A DNA stretch of 64,000 nucleotides, from assembly GCA_951406725.2 (NCBI GenBank), contig OX597821.1, positions 42,284,001 through 42,348,000 of the forward strand. Reading direction: 5' to 3'. Of the stretch, positions 55,648 to 64,000 are shown in pieces (the stretch's first letter is position 1; the number at the start of each line of letters is the position of its first letter). This stretch comes from Octopus vulgaris. Lineage: Eukaryota. Under the pieces are notes generated by a model, which searched no databases, was not told the origin of the DNA, and saw only the letters and a list, made by a program, of their open reading frames with translations. A program made the translations under genes and the position numbers.

Positions 55648-57111
55648 GTTCCATAAAGAGCACTGAATTTGAATTGGGCAACACTTTTGTGTTTTGAAGT
55701 TTGAAGGCATGCTTTTATCATGTTTGCTATCTCTCTTAACTCCGATTAATAGTTTTTTGTTTGTTTTTCAGAATAGTATGCAGTGTGTCATGGAGTAGTT
55801 TACAACTGAGTAACGCGTTCTCGTCATGAAGACATTTTACCAAAACGGAGAAAGTACGACACAAACAGCTTGAGTACTTTGTATCATTTTGGGGAGAAAT
55901 GAAGCACCCAATGAGTCTGCAGTACGCAAACTAATGACAAAGTTTAAAATAACTGGTTCAGTTGCAACAACCAAATCACCTGGGCAGAATTGTTCTTATC
56001 AGGCAGAGCAACAAATTGCTGTTGTGCAAGAGTGCCATTCTGAGTTCAGGAAAATCAATTTGCCGACGTTTTGTAGCTGTTGGACATCCTGAACACTTCA
56101 TTACATTGAATTCTGCATAAAGATCTCCATATGCATGTGTACAAAATTCATCTTATGCAGCATCTTCAGCTACTTGACCACAGGAGGCAGAGGAAATTTG
56201 TTGACTGGGTTGTGGAGAGACTTGCAACTGATGAGAATTTTGCAAAAAAAAAATCATCTTCAGTGACAAGGCCCAACTAGTGTAGCTAGAGTGTATGCCG
56301 CCAGGGGTAGCCCTTATGCTTGCCACCCCCAGACACCACAAAAAACATACTGCCTACAGCAGACCCAAAAGTAGTGCCCCTTGGGGCAGACCGCCCCCTA
56401 CCTGACCCCTAGCTATGCTAGAGTGAGGCCCACTTCTGCTTGAGTGGATTTGTCAATAAACAGAACTGCTGGAGTTAGGGAAATGAAAATCCTCAAATAA
56501 TGCAAGAGCATGAGATGCATCAACTGAAAGCGATTGTGTGGTGTGGTTTTTGGGCAGGCGGAGTACATGGACTGTTCTTCTTTGAAAATGAGGGGGGGAA
56601 TGCAGTTACCATTAATGGAGAACATTACTGAGACATGATATCCACTCAGTTATGGCTGAACTTGGAAGATACGGAGACTGACGACCTCTGGTTTCAGCAG
56701 AATGGAGCAACCTGTCACACTTCGTGCCAAACACTTGCATCATTCCACAAAAAATTTCCACAATGAATGATGTCCTTGCAGAGTGACCAGCAATGGCCAT
56801 CAAGGTCTTGTGATTTCTTCTTATGGGGGTATGTGAAATCACAGGTATACGTCAAGAAACTATGCACAATTCCTGAACTCAGGCTTATGAGTGGAGGCAT
56901 TGGGCCACACATCTGTGAGAGAGTTATCAGAAACTTCGAGGAGCGCATACATGTATGTGGACTCAGTGCAGCTGGACATATGACTGACATTATGTTCCAT
57001 ATCTAAACAGGAGACATAATTCATTAGAAATATGCAGAATATATCCATGTTTATAAGAATTTGTTTTAACTATTCACCTTTCAACTTCAGCGCCCTTTAC
57101 AGAACACCATG
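55643..57111 (+). mobile_element. Tc1/mariner-superfamily transposon with degenerate TIRs and a nested MITE
   Basis: GGTGTTCCATAAAGAGCACTGAATTTGAA / TTCAACTTCAGCGCCCTTTACAGAACACC TIRs; IIFSDxAHF, VNKQNC, WFQQNGATCH and CDFFLWGYVKS motifs. Confidence 0.8.
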
Positions 57112-57268
57112 TATATATATATATAAAGTTTTTTTTCTCTCTCTGTTTATTTCCTCATGTTCCTTTCTATTGAAGAGCATAGGCTCGAAACATAAAAGAC
57201 TTTCTCAGCATTAAACTAATACACCTGTTTGTTGTTTATACGCCTGTCTTTGTCTTTCTGTAAATTCC

Positions 57269-57312
<44 letters not shown>

Positions 57313-58208
57313 CAAATCCACTGACAAGGTTTTAGTTGGCAAGAAAACACTTGCTCAAGGTACCATGCATTGGGACTGAACCAGAACCATACCTATATAT
57401 ATGAATATATAGGTATATATTGTGAAGGTTAACTTGAATGGAACTTCAAATTTTGACTCTACTCTCAGTATAAAGTCTCACTAGCAGTAAATGCTCAGTT
57501 GCAACTTTTGAAAGTGCTTTGAAATAATAGTATTATTTTAACATTCAAGTTTGTATGTGTGCATAAATACACAATCCTGTATTTTAGCTTTTATAACTCT
57601 ATCTACTCTTCCAACTCTACTTCATCTTCCATCTGCTGGAACCTTGGCCCCAGCAACATGTTGTCCTGTATGTCATAAGTCAATTTCCCATGTATGTCAT
57701 AACTCTTTATGTCCTCCCCACTTGAACCTCTCTTAATCTATGACTGACCAAGAGTTTATCTATTTTTTGTTTTGGTCTTCCTTTTCCAGATTGCCTTTTG
57801 CCTTTGATTCTATCTGGCTTTTACTCTGAAGTCACTAATCACTTACCTACATTAGATAGTACATTCCTTACCAAGGAAAAACTTAGCATCTACAACCATT
57901 TTTCTATCATATCTCCAGGTAAGAATAAAGAGTATCTGGCTTGTGTGTTCACCTGACGGATGACAAGGGCATGAGGTGATGGGTGACAGTAGAGTAAAGG
58001 TGAAGTTAGACTGCACTAGGTCCAAATGGCTTGATACACTCTCTTATACATAGATGTAGCAATGAGTGAAAGAATTAGTGTGATGAAGATGGTCCATGTA
58101 TGCAGACCAGTGATGGACAAGAGATGCAGAAGATGAGTAGCAAGTAAATGCAAGTGGGGAGAGGAGATCAAAGAATGCAAAAAAAAAAATGTAGGCTTGG
58201 TAGGATAT

Positions 58209-58496
58209 TGTAGTGAGTGTGCGATTTGAATATAGAGGCACCTACCTTCTCTTCGTGGCGACGGAGATCCTCCAGAGATGACTGGTCCTTCCTCACCCTA
58301 CCCGAACACTAACGATAACAGCTGCTAGCCCCAAACCCTTAGCGTCGTCCACGCACGTCTTGTCGCCAGCATGACCCACGTTGGAAAGGTCAATTTTCGC
58401 CCCCTGCGCACGCTTGACAGCTGACCCCATCCGCTTACCCCAGCTTCCGGTCAACGCACCCTCCTGCTGACGTCCGGCTGCTGACGTCATCCCACA
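58209..58496 (-). repeat. 3' LTR (288 bp)
   Basis: Direct repeat of 62139-62412; preceded on the minus strand by purine-rich AAGATCAGGGTGGCG (PPT-like). Confidence 0.95.
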
Positions 58497-58509
58497 CGCC
58501 ACCCTGATC

Positions 58510-61382
58510 TTAAAGATCACAATCTCTCCGCTCCATGTTGTAGTCTACCATCCAACCGGGAGAGCGCCTTACTCGTCGAGATCTTCTCAAGCTGGGCTCC
58601 TCATTCTCCCCCTCTCCCGAATCATCGTCCGTCGAAGCAACAATCCTGCGAAGGTCCAAGACATGTCGTGGTGTGCCATCTACGGATACGTTGCTTCTGG
58701 AATTGATCGCCGTCACCGTTCCTCTGCTCCATTGAGACGTACAGCGCGCCTTTGGTGGCTTGGCCCAGACTTCCTCCCCTATTTTCACGCGAACGGGTCC
58801 CTTCTCTTCCTCGTGACCCTCCGGCGCTTTGCTCGGGTGCCTCCATTCATATTTGAACACAGCTCTCTGCGGCACAGATTCCTCAGCTTGTCCGGATCGG
58901 GGAGACAAGTTGTACCAAAAAACTGCTTCAAGCGGCGAAATGTGCCCTCTTTCCGCTATGGCCTTGACTGTCCGATGGTGCCTCTCCACGATCCCGTTAC
59001 CGCCCGGCCTATACGCTGCTCTGAACAAGCGTCGCACGTTCCACCGATCAAGCATAACCCTCAATGCTTCCGAACGAAACGCCGCCCCGTTGTCCATCAG
59101 TAGTTCTTCCACGGGACCTCTCTCTAAAAATATCCCGTTCAGGATCTGCACGATCTCGTCAGCAATGCCCGATCTCAACTCCCTCCAAATGGCCAGCCGG
59201 CCCGGCCCACAGTCGACCATGGAGAGGTACATTCGCTGGCGGTAGTGTGTCACATCCACAGCTAGCCTTTTCCAGTTCTGCTCCACGGAAAGGCTTCCCT
59301 GTTCATGCCCACACGGAGCAGGGTCGATGGACTGACACCTGTCGCAGCTCCCGACCACCTTCCAGACGCTTCTCCTGGTGACGTCAGCATCAATTTTTTT
59401 TTTGCCAGATACAGGGTCCTGTCCACACCCAGGTGATGCATAGCGTGCAGTTTCTTCAGTTCAGAGTCATCCAACCGACACGCCGCAGCTATCCCTTTCC
59501 GAGCCTCCTCCGGTTCTTCCAACCACGCCCTTTTCACCCTGGTCAGTACGTCCGCCTTGTTTTTCTCCGAAGGCACGAAAACCACGTTCAGCTTCAGTCC
59601 GAATTCGGCGATCAATTCACCTAGAACTCCTAGACGGCGCTTCACTAACATCTCCGCAGCACCTTTCGTCCGCACTCTCCTGTCACCGGTGATCACCGAT
59701 CCTACCCAGCCAAGCACAGTGGCCGAATCCGTCCGCATTTCAATCGTGCGCAGCCCCCATTTCAAGGCCAAGTTCACCCCTTTCAGCAGCGCGTCTAATT
59801 CGGCGACATTGATGTGGTTGAAATCATCTGCTTTCCGAAGCCAGGCCGCGTCCTCCACCGCAGTGCCTTCGATTGCCAACACCACCCCTATCGCTATACT
59901 GCTAGCATCACACCAGACGGTCCCGCATTTCGTCTTGGGCACGTACCAGTTCCCCCTGACCGGGTCTTCCGCTCTTGTCCTCTCTAGGATCTCCTGCATC
60001 ATCGCCACCATCCCTTCTCCCACCTTGTCGCCCCACCTCTCTCCTTCTGCTCGTCTCTTGGTGTAGCTACAGGCCGTGCGCAGCCATCCAGCGATCGGGT
60101 AGTGACCGACCAACTTCCCACACACCGACAACAGCTCTCTCCTGCTGACGCTGGAACTCAGCTCTGGGATTTCATTTCCTCTCCGGAACACCAATTCACC
60201 TGATCTATCTCTTCGCAGCTTCAGCCCCAGCGCGGCTCCCCCTTCAATCGACTCCGGTGGCTTAGCAATCAGTCCGAACTTCTCCAGATGTCTAACTACC
60301 TCGTCGGCTGGCACTACAGTTTCGTCCACCAAAATGTCGTCAATGTAGGAGCTGGTGGCCTTTCTAATCTAGCCGTCTTTCCCTAGGACGGACCTAAGCA
60401 CTGCTGCCATGATCTTCGGAGCGGAATTCAGCCCGAAACCCAGCCTGGTTAGACAGTACGTCCGGCCCTTGTACCGCACCAGCTGATATCGCCATAGTTT
60501 GTCGCTCACATGGAGCTGCAAGTATGCCGATCTCAAGTCGACAATCGTCGCTGCCTCAGTCGACTGTCTCCACTTACGTAGTGCCTCACCACAAACGTCT
60601 GTCGTCTCACCTCCCGTGTGACACGATATGTGCTGGTTTAGCTCCCTGAAGTCCAGCACCGGTCTGACTTTTCCCTTCGTAGGCTGCACCACCGCCATCA
60701 GGGGTAGCACTCCGCCCGCTACCTCCTCCTTCCAAGGGACAAGGACTCCTTCCTCGATCCACCTCTCCACCTCGTCTTCAAACTCAACCCTGGCGTGGCC
60801 TTTCAGGGTATGCTGGTAACAGCTCACCCTGTTCTCCAGTGTCGGGGGCTCGTCCTTCCCTTTCCACTCTATCGTCCACCGCTGACCATCGAACGCCGCC
60901 TGAAAGTCTTTGTCCTCGATGGTGTAAGCGGCGCAGTCCCTCGCGGGGCTCTGCTCCCTCTGGCGATCCTGACTCGCAGTGCACGACGCCCCCACGCTTC
61001 CGAACGTGACCTCATTTCCCACAACACTGACGCCACCGAGGCAGTTGATGGCGTCCATCCCCATCACCACATCAACTCCATTTATCACGCGTTCGGCCAC
61101 AATTGCCTGTAGCCTTAGCGTCGCGCCGAGCACCACTATCTCTACCTTGCTGCTGCCTCTGCAACGGATTTCGCTGCGGTCGACCGCCCAGACACTACAC
61201 ACCCCGTTCCATTCCTTCGTCACCCTCGAAGTCACCAGGGTGGTCGTACAGCCCGTATCCACAAGGGCCTTGAACGTCTCCCCCTCGGCCTCCACGTCAA
61301 TCAATGGCAGCGTCTCCAATAGCGCCTCTACTCGTTTGAGGGGAAAGTTCGAGAGGCAGCAACTTCCCCGCGGTCGTTTCCC
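58510..61382 (-). pseudogene. pol: Pol (protease, RT, RNase H, integrase) with one in-frame stop and one frameshift
   Basis: LVDTG, RPVLDFRELN, VDLRSAY, GFGLNSAP, TAG at 60369-60371, SYIDD, WCDAS, HINVAE, TDS, frameshift in an A10 run near 59394-59403, then HHCC, AVD, MDNG and IVERH. Confidence 0.92.
61321..61382 (-). promoter_or_regulatory. -1 ribosomal frameshift signal (G GGA AAC plus pseudoknot)
   Basis: Slippery heptamer at 61382-61376 in the gag frame, 6-nt spacer, stem GGGGAAGTT/AACTTTCCCC, and loop GCCTCT complementary to downstream AGAGGC. Confidence 0.8.
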
Positions 61383-62092
61383 TGGCCGCAATCACGGGCA
61401 ATGTGCCCTGTCTGCCTGCATCGATAGCAAACGGGCCCCGGCTGCGTACAGTCCCGCGCCATGTGCGGTCCCTGGCATCTAAAACACCGTCCTGAGAACG
61501 GCCGCTCACGTTGCACGGTGAGCTTTTGTACCTCTTTCTCGGGACGTCGTCCGTCTTTACGCGCCTCCGTCACCGCCATCGCTATCGCCTTCCGCCCAGA
61601 GTGTCTCGTCAACGCGCGAGCATGAGTTACAAGTTCACTCAATGGCATCTTTTTGACCCCGGGCAGTCGTTGTAGGTGAATCCCTACATCGTCGGGGAAC
61701 CCATTCACGAACGCCAGTCGGGCTGCTCTCTCCAGTCCTTCTCCGGCAAACCCGGCCAGAGTCGCTAGCCTTCTAGCTTCCGATGCAAAATCATCCACCT
61801 GGCCTCCCATCCACCTGATTGCACCTAGCTTAGCGAAAGCTGTGTACTCGCATTCCGTGTATGCGTTACACAAGCGTCGCTCTATATTCTCATCGCAGAG
61901 CCGTTCCTCTTCATCCATCTCTAGGTAAAGCGACAACGCACTCCCTTCCAAATACAGCGCCATAAGACTCGCCACGTCGCTTATGCCCTGCAGTCTCGCC
62001 ACCAGCCTGATTTTCCGAATCCAGGCCACTACATCGCCTTCGCCGTTAAAAGGTCTGACGACGTCACTGGCGATCCTAATTTTTGCAGACAT
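61328..62092 (-). CDS. gag: Gag of the LTR retrotransposon (254 aa, two zinc knuckles)
   Basis: Open ORF from ATG; CFRCQGPHMARDC and CYRCRQTGHIARDC knuckles. Confidence 0.9.
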   Translation of the reverse strand: MSAKIRIASDVVRPFNGEGDVVAWIRKIRLVARLQGISDVASLMALYLEGSALSLYLEMDEEERLCDENIERRLCNAYTECEYTAFAKLGAIRWMGGQVDDFASEARRLATLAGFAGEGLERAARLAFVNGFPDDVGIHLQRLPGVKKMPLSELVTHARALTRHSGRKAIAMAVTEARKDGRRPEKEVQKLTVQRERPFSGRCFRCQGPHMARDCTQPGPVCYRCRQTGHIARDCGQGNDRGEVAASRTFPSNE

Positions 62093-62126
62093 CGTGTTGA
62101 AAAAAAAACGAGAATGTTTACGAACT

Positions 62127-62138
62127 GCCGAAATAGCT
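62127..62138 (-). promoter_or_regulatory. Non-canonical primer-binding site AGCTATTTCGGC, complementary to tRNA-Phe nt 1-12
   Basis: Directly abuts the 5' LTR. The plus strand reads GCCGAAATAGCT, the recalled 5' end of metazoan tRNA-Phe(GAA). No TGG follows the LTR. Confidence 0.75.
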
Positions 62139-62412
62139 TGTAGTGAGCGTGCGATTTGAATATAGAGGCACCTACCTTTTCTTCGTGGCGACGGAGATCC
62201 TCCAGAGATGACTGGTCCTTCCTCACCCTACCCGAACACTAACGATAGCAGCTGCTAGCCCCAAACCCTTAGCGTCGTCCACGCACGTCTTGTCGCCAGC
62301 ACGACCCACGTTGGAAAGGTCAATTTTCGCCCCCTGCGCACGCTTGCCAGCTGACCCCTTCCGCTTACCCCAGCTTCCGGTCAACGCACCCTCCTGCTGA
62401 CGTCATCCCACA
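62139..62412 (-). repeat. 5' LTR (274 bp)
   Basis: TGTAG...CCACA; differs from the 3' LTR by 6 substitutions and one 14-bp indel by manual comparison. Confidence 0.95.
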
Positions 62413-63416
62413 GATATATTTATTCATATAAAGAGGACAGCTTATAAAAGCAGTCCTCTTCATTTGTCAGCCCTGTTTGTGGTATATATATGAAGATAAT
62501 TGTCAATGTTGTTTTGTCTATGATTGGCCCAATCTTAATTATTCAAGTAACTAAGGCTGAATATACATTCAACCCCAGTTACTTTAACAATCCTACTCCC
62601 TAATAATAACACATGAACTCCACTCATCCCAACACTACTAGCCATCTAGAATTTATACCTTTGTTCTTTGCTTGTGAGGAGTTTGGATGAAGCTCCCTTC
62701 CATTTTACTCATCAGTACAGCACACAGCCACTTACCTTCAACAGTTCTGCAATCTCTCCTAACCTATTTCTCTACTACCCACAAGGGGCTAAACACAGAG
62801 AGGACAAGCAAGGACAGACAAACGGATTAAGTCGATTATATCGACCCCAGTGCGTGACTGGCACTTATTTAATCGACCCCGAAAGGATGAAAGGCAAAGT
62901 CGACCTCGGCGGAATTTGAACTCAGAACGTAACGACAGACGAAATACCGCTAAGCATTTCGCCCGGTGTGCTAACATTCCTGCCAGCTCGCCGCTGTACA
63001 TAGCATTTACAACCATTTTCTCCTAACCTACCTTTGACTGTGCTGATATCTATGGTGGCAGTCCTAACATTATGAACCTGAAAGAAAGAGAGGGCTATCA
63101 TGCACGTAGTGTGGAGCGACTGACCTCCCTTGTTCGAAGGTTATATGGATACAGTTTGTGTATCAAATAGCTAACTTAAGGTGATGGCCTCATGGAGCTA
63201 ATAAGCAGACAGCTTTATTCTTATTTTTATAAGAATGCCATATTAGTATGGCGATAACTATTATTTTCCGGAAACGCTGCCGTTGTTCTCTTTTAGAGAG
63301 ACTTAGTAATTTTAATATTTCTATTATTGAAAACAAGTGGATGTATTCCACCGAAGCTAGGTAAATAAAACCTTTGAACAGAGATTGTCAGAAGCGACAC
63401 CTACTGGTCTGGCTAC

Positions 63417-63458
63417 GCTACATTGAAAAGGGGCAATACCCCGAAACGCGTCTGTAGC
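63417..63458 (+). ncRNA. Minimal type I hammerhead ribozyme, U3-A8 core variant (copy 1; predicted cleavage after C63452)
   Basis: GCTACA-TTGAAAA-GGGG-CAATA-CCCC-GAAA-CGCG-TC-TGTAGC. Confidence 0.8.
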
Positions 63459-63779
63459 TGCCGGTCAAGTAGTGTGGAGCAACTGACCTCCCTTGTTCGA
63501 AGGTTATATGGATACAGTTTGTGTATCAAATAGCTAACTTAAGGTGATGGCCTCATGGAGCTAATAAGCGGACAGCTTTATTCTTATTTTTATAAGAATG
63601 CCATATTAGTATGGCGATAACTATTATTTTCCGGAAACGCTGCCGTTGTTCTCTTTTAGAGAGACTTAGTAATTTTAATATTTCTATTATTGAAAACAAG
63701 TGGATGTATTCCACCGAAGCTAGGTAAATAAAACCTTCGAACAGAGATTGTCAGAAGCGACACCTACTGGTCTGGCTAC

Positions 63780-63821
63780 GCTACATTGAAAAGGGGCAAT
63801 ACCCCGAAACGTGTCTGTAGC
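63780..63821 (+). ncRNA. Minimal type I hammerhead ribozyme, U3-A8 core variant (copy 2; predicted cleavage after C63815)
   Basis: Same as copy 1 except stem III reads GAAACGTGTC. Confidence 0.75.
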
Positions 63822-64000
63822 TGCCGGTCAAGTAGTGTGGAGCGACTGACCTCCCTTGTTCGAAGGTTATATGGATAGTTTGTGTATCAAATAGCTAACT
63901 TAAGGTGATGGCCTCATGGAGCTAATAAGCGGACAGCTTTATTCTTATTTTTATAAGAATGCCATATTAGTATGGCGATAACTATTATATATATATATAT

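Larger units (their letters stand above)
58209..62412 (-). mobile_element. Structurally complete Ty3/Gypsy-type LTR retrotransposon (4204 bp), coding region disabled
   Basis: Two TG...CA LTRs, 5-bp TSD GATAT (58204-58208 and 62413-62417), order gag-PR-RT-RH-IN, and much higher GC than the flanks. Confidence 0.95.
63106..63988 (+). mobile_element. 363-bp tandem repeat (2.4 copies) carrying hammerhead ribozymes; retrozyme-like
   Basis: Units start at 63106, 63469 and 63832 with about 4 differences between the first two; many hairpins; the array ends in (AT)n. Confidence 0.85.

Noticed and set aside
60369-60371. Programmed stop-codon readthrough in pol
   Set aside because: The TAG lies inside the RT domain rather than at the gag/pol boundary, which already has a frameshift signal; a nonsense mutation is simpler.
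62127-62138. Tf1-type self-priming as the explanation for the odd PBS
   Set aside because: No complementary sequence was found within the LTR.
63106-63468. 363 nt is divisible by 3, suggesting rolling-circle translation of a circRNA
   Set aside because: AATAGCTAACTTAAGGTGA places stops in all three plus-strand frames, and the ORF track shows nothing on either strand.
63106-63988. CRISPR array or simple satellite
   Set aside because: No repeat-spacer alternation and the context is eukaryotic; the ribozyme fold argues against a plain satellite.

Overview
Eukaryotic, AT-rich, repeat-dense genomic DNA. The SINE, LINE and microsatellite landscape resembles a coleoid cephalopod (Octopus-like); this is inference. 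One host gene is visible: a minus-strand, secreted pancreatic-lipase-family gene. Eight coding exons were reconstructed by hand (43154 down to 3039), all with GT donors and compatible phases. They encode a signal peptide, the GHSLG/LDPAG/CDH catalytic triad and a full-length lid. The first coding intron is about 30.7 kb, and the C-terminal exons probably lie beyond the left edge. The rest is transposon-derived: tRNA-type SINEs, RTE, CR1-like, Tx1-like and R4/Dong-like LINE fragments, a Penelope-like element, many decayed Tc1/mariner/pogo elements and MITEs, and a structurally complete 4.2-kb Ty3/Gypsy-type LTR element (58209-62412). Three observations stand out. (1) A young, non-coding, highly structured 363-bp tandem repeat at 63106-63988 carries a minimal hammerhead ribozyme with a compensatory U3-A8 core in each complete unit, making it a retrozyme/circRNA candidate. 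(2) Further hammerhead-like motifs occur elsewhere, including a G3-C8 variant inside a lipase intron. (3) The LTR element's primer-binding site is complementary to the 5'-terminal 12 nt of tRNA-Phe rather than to a tRNA 3' end. Most ORF-track entries are microsatellite artefacts.
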